From the human T2T-CHM13v2.0 reference genome, Homo sapiens, in assembly GCF_009914755.1 (NCBI RefSeq), contig NC_060946.1: a stretch of DNA of 64,000 bases. One strand, given 5' to 3'. Position 1 is the first letter of the stretch. Every line of letters begins with the position of its first letter. Shown piece by piece: positions 37,710-52,200 of the stretch. The translations under genes were made by a program, and so were the position numbers. The notes under the pieces were generated by a model. That model searched no databases. It had not been told where the DNA came from and was given only the letters and a program-made list of their open reading frames with translations.

Positions 37710-40700
37710 GAAACGGAATGTTCAACTCTATGAGTTGAATGCAAACATCACAAAGACGTTTCTGAGAATGCTTCTGTCTAGATTTGATATGAAGATATTC
37801 CCGTTTCCAACGAAATCTTCAAATCTATCCAAATGTCCACTTGCAGATTCAACAAAAAGTGTTTTTCAGAACTGCTCTATCAAAAGAAAGATCCACCTCT
37901 GTTAGCTGAGTTCACACATCACAAACAAGTTTATGAGAATGCTTCTGTCTAGTTTTTATTTGAAGATATTTCCTTTCTCACCATAGACCTGAAAGCTGTC
38001 CTAATGTTCACTTCCAGATACTACAGAAAGAGTGTTTCAAAACTGCTGTACGAAAGGGAATTTTCAACTCTGTGACTTGAATGCACACATCACAAAGAAG
38101 TTTCTGAGGATGCTGCTGTCTACTTTTTATACGTAATCCCGTTTCCAACGAAATCCTCCAAGCTATCCAAATATCCACTTGCAGATTCCACAGAAAGACT
38201 GTTTCAAAACTGCTCTGTCAATAGAAAGGTTCAACTCTGTTAGCTGCGTGCATATATCCCAAAGAAGATTCTGAGATTGCTTCTGTCTAGTTTTTATGGG
38301 AAGATATTTCCCTTTTCACCGTAGGCGTCAAGGCGCTCCAAATGTCCACTTCCAGATACTACAAAAAGAGTGTTTCAAACCTACTCTGTGAAAGCGAATA
38401 TTCAACTCTGTGACTTGAATGCACATATCACAAAGAAGTTTCTGAGAATGCTTCTGTCGAGATTTTATATGAAGATATTCCCGTTTCCAACGAAATCCTG
38501 AAATCTATCCAAATATCCCCTCGCAGGTTCTACAAAAAGAGTGTTTCAAAACTGCTCTGTAAAAAGAAAGGTTCAACTCTGTTAGTTGAGTACACACATC
38601 TCAAACAAGTTTCACAGAATGCTTCTTTCTAGCTTGTAGGGGAAGATATTCCCTTTATCACCATGGGCCTCCAACCGTCCGAAACGTCCACTTCCATATA
38701 CTACCAAAAGAGCGTTTCAAACCTGCTCTAGGAAAGGCAATGTTCAACTCTCTGACTTGAATGCAGACATCACAGAGCAGTTTCTGAGAATGCTTCTGTC
38801 TAGATTTTATAGGAAGATATTCCCGTTTCCAACGAAATCTTCACAGCTATCCAAATATCCACTTGCAGATTCTACAAAAAGAGTGTATCAAAACTGCTCT
38901 GTCAAAAGGAAGGTTCTTCTCTGTTAGGTGAGTGCATACGTCATAAAGGAGTTTCTGAGAATGTTTCTGTCTAGTGGTTATGGGAAGATATTTGCTTTTT
39001 CCCCGTAGACCTCAGAGCGCTCCAAATGTCCACTTGCACATGCTACAAAAAGAGTGCTTCAAAGCTGCTCTCTGAAAGGGAATGTTCAACTCTATGAGTT
39101 GAATGTAAACATCACAAAGACGTTTCTGAGAATGTTTCTGTCTAGATTTGATATGAAGATATTCCCGTTTCCAACGAAATCTTCAAATCTATCCAAATGT
39201 CCACTTGCAGATTCAACAAAAAGTGTTTTTCAAAACTGCTGTATCAAAAGAAAGATCCACGTCTGTTAGCTGAGTTCACACATCACAAACAAGTTTATGA
39301 GAATGCTTCTGTCTAGTTTTTATTTGAAGATATTTCCTTTCTCACCATAGACCTGAAAGCTGTCCTAATGTTCACTTCCAGATACTACAGAAAGAGTGTT
39401 TCAAAACTGCTGTACGAAAGGGAATGTTCAACTCTGTGACTTGAATGCACACATCACAAAGAAGTTTCTGAGGATGCTGCTGTCTACTTTTTATACGTAA
39501 TCCCGTTTCCAACGAAATCCTCCAAGCTATCCAAATATCCACTTGCAGATTCCACAGAAAGACTGTTTCAAAACTGCTCTGTCAATAGAAAGGTTCAACT
39601 CTGTTAGCTGCGTGCATATATCCCAAAGAAGATTTTGAGATTGCTTCTGTCTAGTTTTTATGGGAAGATATTTCCCTTTTCACCGTAGGTGTCAAGGCTC
39701 TCCAAATGTCCACTTCCAGATACTACAAAAAGTGTGTTTCAAACCTACTCTGTGAAAGGGAATATTCAACTCTGTGACTTTAATGCACATATCACAAAGA
39801 AGTTTCTGAGAATGCTTCTGTCGAGATTTTATATGAAGATATTCCCGTTTCCAAAGAAATCCTGAAATCTATCCAAATATCCCCTCGCAGATTCTACAAA
39901 AAGAGTGTTTCAAAACTGCTCTGTAAAAAGAAAGGTTCAACTCTGTTAGTTGAGTACACACATCACAAACAAGTTTCACAGAATGCTTCTTTCTAGCTTG
40001 TAGGGGAAGATATTCCCTTTATCACCATGGGCCTCCAACCGTCCGAAACGTCCACTTCCATATAGTACAAAAAGAGCGTTTCAAACCTGCTCTAGGAAAG
40101 GCAATGTTCAACTCTGTGACTTGAATGCAGACATCACAGAGCAGTTTCTGAGAATGCTTCTGTCTAGATTTTATAGGAAGATATTCCCGTTTCCAACGAA
40201 ATCTTCACAGCTATCCAAATATCCACTTGCAGATTCTACAAAAAGAGTGTATCAAAACTGCTCTGTCAAAAGGAAGGTTCTTCTCTGTTAGGTGAGTGCA
40301 TACGTCATAAAGGAGTTTCTGAGAATGTTTCTGTCTAGTGGTTATGGGAAGATATTTGCTTTTTCACCGTAGGCCTCAGAGCGATTCAAATATCCACTTG
40401 CACATACTACAAAAAGAGTGCCTCAAAGCTGCTCTCTGAAACGGAATGTTCAACTCTATGAGTTGAATGCAAACATCACAAAGACGTTTCTGAGAATGCT
40501 TCTGTCTAGATTTGATATGAAGATATTCCCGTTTCCAACGAAATCTTCAAATCTATCCAAATGTCCACTTGCAGATTCAACAAAAAGTGTTTTTCAGAAC
40601 TGCTCTATCAAAAGAAAGATCCACCTCTGTTAGCTGAGTTCACACATCACAAACAAGTTTATGAGAATGCTTCTGTCTAGTTTTTATTTGAAGATATTTC

Positions 40701-43700
40701 CTTTCTCACCATAGACCTGAAAGCTGTCCTAATGTTCACTTCCAGATACTACAGAAAGAGTGTTTCAAAACTGCTGTACGAAAGGGAATGTTCAACTCTG
40801 TGACTTGAATGCACACATCACAAAGAAGTTTCTGAGGATGCTGCTGTCTACTTTTTATACGTAATCCCGTTTCCAACGAAATCCTCCAAGCTATCCAAAT
40901 ATCCACTTGCAGATTCCACAGAAAGACTGTTTCAAAACTGCTCTGTCAATAGAAAGGTTCAACTCTGTTAGCTGCGTGCATATATCCCAAAGAAGATTTT
41001 GAGATTGCTTCTGTCTAGTTTTTATGGGAAGATATTTCCCTTTTCACCGTAGGTGTCAAGGCTCTCCAAATGTCCACTTCCAGATACTACAAAAAGAGTG
41101 TTTCAAACCTACTCTGTGAAAGGGAATATTCAACTCTGTGACTTTAATGCACATATCACAAAGAAGTTTCTGAGAATGCTTCTGTCGAGATTTTATATGA
41201 AGATATTCCCGTTTCCAAAGAAATCCTGAAATCTATCCAAATATCCCCTCGCAGATTCTACAAAAAGAGTGTTTCAAAACTGCTCTGTAAAAAGAAAGGT
41301 TCAACTCTGTTAGTTGAGTACACACATCACAAACAAGTTTCACAGAATGCTTCTTTCTAGCTTGTAGGGGAAGATATTCCCTTTATCACCATGGGCCTCC
41401 AACCGTCCGAAACGTCCACTTCCATATACTACAAAAAGAGCGTTTCAAACCTGCTCTAGGAAAGGCAATGTTCAACTCTGTGACTTGAATGCAGACATCA
41501 CAGAGCAGTTTCTGAGAATGCTTCTGTCTAGATTTTATAGGAAGATATTCCCGTTTCCAACGAAATCTTCAGAGCTATCCAAATATCCACTTGCAGATTC
41601 TACAAAAAGAGTGTATCAAAACTGCTCTGTCAAAAGGAAGGTTCTTCTCTGTTAGGTGAGTGCATACGTCATAAAGGAGTTTCTGAGAATGTTTCTGTCT
41701 AGTGGTTATGGGAAGATATTTGCTTTTTCACCGTAGGCCTCAGAGCGCTCCAAATATCCACTTGCACATACTACAAAAAGAGTGCCTCAAAGCTGCTCTT
41801 TGAAACGGAATGTTCAACTCTATGAGTTGAATGCAAACATCACAAAGACGTTTCTGAGAATGCTTCTGTCTAGATTTGATATGAAGATATTCCCGTTTCC
41901 AACGAAATCTTCAAATCTATCCAAATGTCCACTTGCAGATTCAACAAAAAGTGTTTTTCAGAACTGCTCTATCAAAAGAAAGATCCACCTCTGTTAGCTG
42001 AGTTCACACATCACAAACAAGTTTATGAGAATGCTTCTGTCTAGTTTTTATTTGAAGATATTTCCTTTCTCACCATAGACCTGAAAGCTGTCCTAATGTT
42101 CACTTCCAGATACTACAGAAAGAGTGTTTCAAAACTGCTGTACGAAAGGGAATTTTCAACTCTGTGACTTGAATGCACACATCACAAAGAAGTTTCTGAG
42201 GATGCTGCTGTCTACTTTTTATACGTAATCCCGTTTCCAACGAAATCCTCCAAGCTATCCAAATATCCACTTGCAGATTCCACAGAAAGACTGTTTCAAA
42301 ACTGCTCTGTCAATAGAAAGGTTCAACTCTGTTAGCTGCGTGCATATATCCCAAAGAAGATTCTGAGATTGCTTCTGTCTAGTTTTTATGGGAAGATATT
42401 TCCCTTTTCACCGTAGGCGTCAAGGCGCTCCAAATGTCCACTTCCAGATACTACAAAAAGAGTGTTTCAAACCTACTCTGTGAAAGCGAATATTCAACTC
42501 TGTGACTTGAATGCACATATCACAAAGAAGTTTCTGAGAATGCTTCTGTCGAGATTTTATATGAAGATATTCCCGTTTCCAACGAAATCCTGAAATCTAT
42601 CCAAATATCCCCTCGCAGATTCTACAAAAAGAGTGTTTCAAAACTGCTCTGTAAAAAGAAAGGTTCAACTCTGTTAGTTGAGTACACACATCTCAAACAA
42701 ATTTCACAGAATGCTTCTTTCTAGCTTGTAGGGGAAGATATTCCCTTTATCACCATGGGCCTCCAACCGTCCGAAACGTCCACTTCCATATACTACCAAA
42801 AGAGCGTTTCAAACCTGCTCTAGGAAAGGCAATGTTCAACTCTCTGACTTGAATGCAGACATCACAGAGCAGTTTCTGAGAATGCTTCTGTCTAGATTTT
42901 ATAGGAAGATATTCCCGTTTCCAACGAAATCTTCACAGCTATCCAAATATCCACTTGCAGATTCTACAAAAAGAGTGTATCAAAACTGCTCTGTCAAAAG
43001 GAAGGTTCTTCTCTGTTAGGTGAGTGCATACGTCATAAAGGAGTTTCTGAGAATGTTTCTGTCTAGTGGTTATGGGAAGATATTTGCTTTTTCCCCGTAG
43101 ACCTCAGAGCGCTCCAAATGTCCACTTGCACATGCTACAAAAAGAGTGCTTCAAAGCTGCTCTCTGAAAGGGAATGTTCAACTCTATGAGTTGAATGTAA
43201 ACATCACAAAGACGTTTCTGAGAATGTTTCTGTCTAGATTTGATATGAAGATATTCCCGTTTCCAACGAAATCTTCAAATCTATCCAAATGTCCACTTGC
43301 AGATTCAACAAAAAGTGTTTTTCAAAACTGCTGTATCAAAAGAAAGATCCACGTCTGTTAGCTGAGTTCACACATCACAAACAAGTTTATGAGAATGCTT
43401 CTGTCTAGTTTTTATTTGAAGATATTTCCTTTCTCACCATAGACCTGAAAGCTGTCCTAATGTTCACTTCCAGATACTACAGAAAGAGTGTTTCAAAACT
43501 GCTGTACGAAAGGGAATGTTCAACTCTGTGACTTGAATGCACACATCACAAAGAAGTTTCTGAGGATGCTGCTGTCTACTTTTTATACGTAATCCCGTTT
43601 CCAACGAAATCCTCCAAGCTATCCAAATATCCACTTGCAGATTCCACAGAAAGACTGTTTCAAAACTGCTCTGTCAATAGAAAGGTTCAACTCTGTTAGC

Positions 43701-46240
43701 TGCGTGCATATATCCCAAAGAAGATTTTGAGATTGCTTCTGTCTAGTTTTTATGGGAAGATATTTCCCTTTTCACCGTAGGTGTCAAGGCTCTCCAAATG
43801 TCCACATCCAGATACTACAAAAAGTGTGTTTCAAACCTACTCTGTGAAAGGGAATATTCAACTCTGTGACTTTAATGCACATATCACAAAGAAGTTTCTG
43901 AGAATGCTTCTGTCGAGATTTTATATGAAGATATTCCCGTTTCCAAAGAAATCCTGAAATCTATCCAAATATCCCCTCGCAGATTCTACAAAAAGAGTGT
44001 TTCAAAACTGCTCTGTAAAAAGAAAGGTTCAACTCTGTTAGTTGAGTACACACATCACAAACAAGTTTCACAGAATGCTTCTTTCTAGCTTGTAGGGGAA
44101 GATATTCCCTTTATCACCATGGGCCTCCAACCGTCCGAAACGTCCACTTCCATATAGTACAAAAAGAGCGTTTCAAACCTGCTCTAGGAAAGGCAATGTT
44201 CAACTCTGTGACTTGAATGCAGACATCACAGAGCAGTTTCTGAGAATGCTTCTGTCTAGATTTTATAGGAAGATATTCCCGTTTCCAACGAAATCTTCAC
44301 AGCTATCCAAATATCCACTTGCAGATTCTACAAAAAGAGTGTATCAAAACTGCTCTGTCAAAAGGAAGGTTCTTCTCTGTTAGGTGAGTGCATACGTCAT
44401 AAAGGAGTTTCTGAGAATGTTTCTGTCTAGTGGTTATGGGAAGATATTTGCTTTTTCACCGTAGGCCTCAGAGCGATTCAAATATCCACTTGCACATACT
44501 ACAAAAAGAGTGCCTCAAAGCTGCTCTCTGAAACGGAATGTTCAACTCTATGAGTTGAATGCAAACATCACAAAGACGTTTCTGAGAATGCTTCTGTCTA
44601 GATTTGATATGAAGATATTCCCGTTTCCAACGAAATCTTCAAATCTATCCAAATGTCCACTTGCAGATTCAACAAAAAGTGTTTTTCAGAACTGCTCTAT
44701 CAAAAGAAAGATCCACCTCTGTTAGCTGAGTTCACACATCACAAACAAGTTTATGAGAATGCTTCTGTCTAGTTTTTATTTGAAGATATTTCCTTTCTCA
44801 CCATAGACCTGAAAGCTGTCCTAATGTTCACTTCCAGATACTACAGAAAGAGTGTTTCAAAACTGCTGTACGAAAGGGAATGTTCAACTCTGTGACTTGA
44901 ATGCACACATCACAAAGAAGTTTCTGAGGATGCTGCTGTCTACTTTTTATACGTAATCCCGTTTCCAACGAAATCCTCCAAGCTATCCAAATATCCACTT
45001 GCAGATTCCACAGAAAGACTGTTTCAAAACTGCTCTGTCAATAGAAAGGTTCAACTCTGTTAGCTGCGTGCATATATCCCAAAGAAGATTTTGAGATTGC
45101 TTCTGTCTAGTTTTTATGGGAAGATATTTCCCTTTTCACCGTAGGTGTCAAGGCTCTCCAAATGTCCACTTCCAGATACTACAAAAAGAGTGTTTCAAAC
45201 CTACTCTGTGAAAGGGAATATTCAACTCTGTGACTTTAATGCACATATCACAAAGAAGTTTCGGAGAATGCTTCTGTCGAGATTTTATATGAAGATATTC
45301 CCGTTTCCAAAGAAATCCTGAAATCTATCCAAATATCCCCTCGCAGATTCTACAAAAAGAGTGTTTCAAAACTGCTCTGTAAAAAGAAAGGTTCAACTCT
45401 GTTAGTTGAGTACACACATCACAAACAAGTTTCACAGAATGCTTCTTTCTAGCTTGTAGGGGAAGATATTCCCTTTATCACCATGGGCCTCCAACCGTCC
45501 GAAACGTCCACTTCCATATACTACAAAAAGAGCGTTTCAAACCTGCTCTAGGAAAGGCAATGTTCAACTCTGTGACTTGAATGCAGACATCACAGAGCAG
45601 TTTCTGAGAATGCTTCTGTCTAGATTTTATAGGAAGATATTCCCGTTTCCAACGAAATCTTCACAGCTATCCAAATATCCACTTGCAGATTCTACAAAAA
45701 GAGTGTATCAAAACTGCTCTGTCAAAAGGAAGGTTCTTCTCTGTTAGGTGAGTGCATACGTCATAAAGGAGTTTCTGAGAATGTTTCTGTCTAGTGGTTA
45801 TGGGAAGATATTTGCTTTTTCACCGTAGGCCTCAGAGCGCTCCAAATATCCACTTGCACATACTACAAAAAGAGTGCCTCAAAGCTGCTCTTTGAAACGG
45901 AATGTTCAACTCTATGAGTTGAATGCAAACATCACAAAGACGTTTCTGAGAATGCTTCTGTCTAGATTTGATATGAAGATATTCCCGTTTCCAACGAAAT
46001 CTTCAAATCTATCCAAATGTCCACTTGCAGATTCAACAAAAAGTGTTTTTCAGAACTGCTCTATCAAAAGAAAGATCCACCTCTGTTAGCTGAGTTCACA
46101 CATCACAAACAAGTTTATGAGAATGCTTCTGTCTAGTTTTTATTTGAAGATATTTCCTTTCTCACCATAGACCTGAAAGCTGTCCTAATGTTCACTTCCA
46201 GATACTACAGAAAGAGTGTTTCAAAACTGCTGTACGAAAG
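37710..46240. repeat. Tandem duplication of a 3-HOR (4092-bp) block
   Basis: Rare variants recur at +4092: catctcaaac ~38599/42691, RMFLS ORF variant 39054/43146, tatagtac 40061/44153, gcgattcaaa 40381/44473, aaagcgaa 38391/42483. Confidence 0.9.
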
Positions 46241-49200
46241 GGAATGTTCAACTCTGTGACTTGAATGCACACATCACAAAGAAGTTTCTGAGGATGCTGC
46301 TGTCTACTTTTTATACGTAATCCCGTTTCCAACGAAATCCTCCAAGCTATCCAAATATCCACTTGCAGATTCCACAGAAAGACTGTTTCAAAACTGCTCT
46401 GTCAATAGAAAGGTTCAACTCTGTTAGCTGCGTGCATATATCCCAAAGAAGATTCTGAGATTGCTTCTGTCTAGTTTTTATGGGAAGATATTTCCCTTTT
46501 CACCGTAGGCGTCAAGGCGCTCCAAATGTCCACTTCCAGATACTACAAAAAGAGTGTTTCAAACCTACTCTGTGAAAGGGAATATTCAACTCTGTGACTT
46601 GAATGCAAATATCACAAAGAAGTTTCTGAGAATGCTTCTGTCGAGATTTTATATGAAGATATTCCCGTTTCCAACGAAATCCTGAAATCTATCCAAATAT
46701 CCCCTCGCAGATTCTACAAAAAGAGTGTTTCAAAACTGTTCTGTAAAAAGAAAGGTTCAACTCTGTTAGTTGAGTACACACATCACAAACAAGTATCACA
46801 GAATGCTTCTTTCTAGCTTGTAGGGAAAGATATTCCCTTTATCACCATGGGCCTCAAACCGTCCGAAACGTCCACTTCCATATACTTCAAAAAGAGCGTT
46901 TCAAACCTGCTCTATGAAAGGCAATGTTCAACTCTGTGACTTGAATGCAGACATCACAGAGCTGTTTCTGAGAATGCTTCTGTCTAGATTTTATAGGATG
47001 ATATTCCCGTTTCCAACGAAATCTTCACAGCTATCCAAATATCCACTTGCAGATTCTACAAAAAGAGTGTATCCAAACTGCTCTGGCAAAAGGAAGGTTC
47101 TTCTCTGTTAGGTGAGTGCATACGTCATAAAGGAGTTTCTGAGAATGTTTCTGTCTAGTGGTTATGGGAAGATATTTGCTTTTTCACCGTAGGCCTCAGA
47201 GCGCTCCAAATATCCACTTGCACATACTACAAAAAGAGTGCCTCAAAGCTGCTCTCTGAAATGGAATGTTCAACTCTATGAGTTGAATGCAAACATCACA
47301 AAGACGTTTCTGAGAATGCTTCTGTCTAGATTTGATATGAAGATATTCCCGTTTCCAACGAAATCTTCAAATCTATCCAAATGTCCACTTGCAGATTCAA
47401 CAAAAAGTGTTTTTCAGAACTGCTCTATCAAAAGAAGATCCACCTCTGTTAGCTGAGTTCACACATCCAAACAAGTTTATGAGAATGCTTCTGTCTAGTT
47501 TTTATTTGAAGATATTTCCTTTCTCACCATAGACCTGAAAGCTGTCCTAATGTTCACTTCCAGATACCACAGAAAGAGTGTTTAAAAACTGCTGTACGAA
47601 AAGGAATGTTCAACTCTGTGACTTGAATGCACACATCACAAAGAAGTTTCTGAGGATGCTGCTTTCTACTTTTTATACGTAATCCCGTTTCCAACGAAAT
47701 CCTCCAAGCTATCCAAATATCCACTTGCAGATTCCACAGAAAGACTGTTTCAAAACTGCTCTGTCAATAGAAAGGTTCAACTCTGTTAGCTGTGTGCATA
47801 TATCCCAAAGAAGATTCTGAGATTGCTTCTGTCTAGTTTTTATGGGAAGATATTTCCCTTTTCACCGTAGGTGTCAAGGCGCTCCAAATGTCCACTTCCA
47901 GATACTACAAAAAGAGTGTTTCAAACCTACTCTGTGAAAGGGAATATTCAACTCTGTGACTTTAATGCACATATCACAAAGAAGTTTCTGAGAATGCTTC
48001 TGTCGAGATTTTTTATGAAGATATTCCCGTTTCCAAAGAAATCCTGAAATCTATCCAAATATCCCCTCGCAGATTCTACAAAAAGAGTGTTTCAAAACTG
48101 CTCTGTAAAAAGAAAGGTTCAACTCTGTTAGTTGAGTACACACATCACAAACAAGTTTCACAGAGTGCTTCTTTCTAGCTTGTAGGGGAAGATATTCCCT
48201 TTATCACCATGGGCCTCCAACCGTCCGAAACGTCCACTTCCATATACTACAAAAAGAGCGTTTCAAACCTGCTCTATGAAAGGCAATGTTCAACTCTGTG
48301 ACTTGAATGCAGACATCACAGAGCAGTTTCTGAGAATGCTTCTGTCTAGATTTTATATGAAGATATTCCCGTTTCCAACGAAATCTTCACAGCTATCCAA
48401 ATATCCACTTGCAGATTCTACAAAAAGAGTGTATCAAAACTGCTCTGTCAAAAGGAAGGTTCTTCTCTTTTAGGTGAGTGCATACGTCATAAAGGAGTTT
48501 CTGAGAATGTTTCTGTCTAGTGGTTATGGGAAGATATTTGCTTTTTCACCGTAGGCCTCAGAGCGCTCCAAATATCCACTTGCACATACTACAAAAAGAG
48601 TGCCTCAAAGCTGCTCTTTGAAACGGAATGTTCAACTCTATGAGTTGAATGCAAACATCACAAAGACGTTTCTGAGAATGCTTCTGTCTAGATTTGATAT
48701 GAAGATATTCCCGTTTCCAACGAAATCTTCAAATCTATCCAAATGTCCACTTGCAGATTCAACCAAAAGTGTTTTTCAGAACTGCTCTATCAAAAGAAAG
48801 ATCCACCTCTGTTAGCTGAGTTCACACATCACAAACAAGTTTATGAGAATGCTTCTGTCTAGTTTTTATTTGAAGATATTTCCTTTCTCACCATAGACCT
48901 GAAAGCTGTCCTAATGTTCACTTCCAGATACTACAGAAAGAGTGTTTCAAAACTGCTGTATGAAAGGGAATGTTCAACTCTGTGACTTGAATGCACACAT
49001 CACAAAGAAGTTTCTGAGGATGCTGCTGTCTACTTTTTATATGTAATCCCGTTTCCAACGAAATCCTCCAAGCTATCCAAATATCCACTTGCAGATTCCA
49101 CAGAAAGACTGTTTCAAAACAGCTCTGTCAATAGAAAGGTTCAACTCTGTTAGCTGCGTGCATATATCCCAAAGAAGATTCTGAGATTGCTTCTGTCTAG

Positions 49201-52200
49201 TTTTTATGGGAAGATATTTCCCTTTTCACCGTAGGCGTCAAGGCGCTCCAAATGTCCACTTCCAGATACTACAAAAAGAGTGTTTCAAACCTACTCTGTG
49301 AAAGGGAATATTCAACTCTGTGACTTGAATGCACATATCACAAAGAAGTTTCTGATAATGCTTCTGTCGAGATTTTATATGAAGATATTCCCGTTTCCAA
49401 CGAAATCCTGAAATCTATCCAAATATCCCCTCGCAGATTCTACAAAAAGAGTGTTTCAAAACTGCTCTGTAAAAAGAAAGGTTCAACTCTGTTAGTTGAG
49501 TACACACATCACAAACAAGTTTCACAGAATGCTTCTTTCTAGCTTGTAGGGGAAGATATTCCCTTTATCACCATGGGCCTCCAACCGTCCGAAACATCCA
49601 CTTCCATATACTACAAAAAGAGCGTTTCAAACCTGCTCTATGAAAGGCAATGTTCAACTCTGTGACTTGAATGCAGACATCACAGAGCACTTTCTGAGAA
49701 TGCTTCTGTCTAGATTTTATAGGAAGATATTCCCGTTTCCAACGAAATCTTCACAGCTATCCAAATATCCACTTGCAGATTCTACAAAAAGAGTGTATCA
49801 AAACTGCTCTGTCAAAAGGAAGGTTCTTCTCTGTTAGGTGAGTGCATACGTCATAAAGGAGTTTCTGAGAATGTTTCTGTCTAGTGGTTATGGGAAGATA
49901 TTTGCTTTTTCACCGTAGGCCTCAGAGCGCTCCAAATATCCACTTGCACATACTACAAAAAGAGTGCTTCAAAGCTGCTCTCTGAAACGGAATGTTCAAC
50001 TCTATGAGTTGAATGCAAACATCACAAAGACGTTTCTGAGAATGCTTCTGTCTAAATTTGATATGAAGATATTCCCGTTTCCAACGAAATCTTCAAATCT
50101 ATCCAAATGTCCACTTGCAGATTCAACAAAAAGTGTTTTTCAGAACTGCTCTATCAAAAGAAAGATCCACCTCTGTTAGCTGAGTTCACACATCACAAAC
50201 AAGTTTATGAGAATGCTTCTGTCTAGTTTTTATTTGAAGATATTTCCTTTCTCACCATAGACCTGAAAGCTGTCCTAATGTTCACTTCCAGATACTACAG
50301 AAAGAGTGTTTCAAAACTGCTGTACGAAAGGGAATGTTCAACTCTGTGACTTGAATGCACACATCACAAAGAAGTTTCTGAGGATGCTGCTGTCTACTTT
50401 TTATACGTAATCCCGTTTCCAACGAAATCCTCCAAGCTATCCAAATATCCACTTGCAGATTCCACAGAAAGACTGTTTCAAAACTGCTCTGTCAATAGAA
50501 AGGTTCAACTCTGTTAGCTGCGTGCATATATCCCAAAGAAGATTTTGAGATTGCTTCTGTCTAGTTTTTATGGGAAGATATTTCCCTTTTCACCGTAGGT
50601 GTCAAGGCTCTCCAAATGTCCACTTCCAGATACTACAAAAAGAGTGTTTCAAACCTACTCTGTGAAAGGGAATATTCAACTCTGTGACTTTAATGCACAT
50701 ATCACAAAGAAGTTTCTGAGAATGCTTCTGTCGAGATTTTATATGAAGATATTCCCGTTTCCAAAGAAATCCTGAAATCTATCCAAATATCCCCTCGCAG
50801 ATTCTACAAAAAGAGTGTTTCAAAACTGCTCTGTAAAAAGAAAGGTTCAACTCTGTTAGTTGAGTACACACATCACAAACAAGTTTCACAGAATGCTTCT
50901 TTCTAGCTTGTAGGGGAAGATATTCCCTTTATCACCATGGGCCTCCAACCGTCCGAAACGTCCACTTCCATATACTACAAAAAGAGCGTTTCAAACCTGC
51001 TCTAGGAAAGGCAATGTTCAACTCTGTGACTTGAATGCAGACATCACAGAGCAGTTTCTGAGAATGCTTCTGTCTAGATTTTATAGGAAGATATTCCCGT
51101 TTCCAACGAAATCTTCACAGCTATCCAAATATCCACTTGCAGATTCTACAAAAAGAGTGTATCCAAACTGCTCTGTCAAAAGGAAGGTTCTTCTCTGTTA
51201 GGTGAGTGCATACGTCATAAAGGAGTTTCTGAGAATGTTTCTGTCTAGTGGTTATGGGAAGATATTTGCTTTTTCACCGTAGGCCTCAGAGCGCTCCAAA
51301 TATCCACTTGCACATACTACAAAAAGAGTGCCTCAAAGCTGCTCTTTGAAACGGAATGTTCAACTCTATGAGTTGAATGCAAACATCACAAAGACGTTTC
51401 TGAGAATGCTTCTGTCTAGATTTGATATGAAGATATTCCCGTTTCCAACGAAATCTTCAAATCTATCCAAATGTCCACTTGCAGATTCAACAAAAAGTGT
51501 TTTTCAGAACTGCTCTATCAAAAGAAAGATCCACGTCTGTTAGCTGAGTTCACACATCACAAACAAGTTTATGAGAATGCTTCTGTCTAGTTTTTATTTG
51601 AAGATATTTCCTTTCTCACCATAGACCTGAAAGCTGTCCTAATGTTCACTTCCAGATACTACAGAAAGAGTGTTTCAAAACTGCTGTATGAAAGGGAATG
51701 TTCAACTCTGTGACTTGAATGCACACATCACAAAGAAGTTTCTGAGGATGCTGCTGTCTACTTTTTATATGTAATCCCTTTTCCAACGAAATCCTCCAAG
51801 CTATCCAAATATCCACTTGCAGATTCCACAGAAAGACTGTTTCAAAACTGCTCTGTCAATAGAAAGGTTCAACTCTGTTAGCTGCGTGCATATATCCCAA
51901 AGAAGATTCTGAGATTGCTTCTGTCTAGTTTTTATGGGAAGATATTTCCCTTTTCACCGTAGGCGTCAAGGCGCTCCAAATGTCCACTTCCAGATACTAC
52001 AAAAAGAGTGTTTCAAACCTACTCTGTGAAAGGGAATATTCAACTCTGTGACTTGAATGCACATATCACAAAGAAGTTTCTGATAATGCTTCTGTCGAGA
52101 TTTTATATGAAGATATTCCCGTTTCCATCGAAATCCTGAAATCTATCCAAATATCCCCTCGCAGATTCTACAAAAAGAGTGTTTCAAAACTGCTCTGTAA

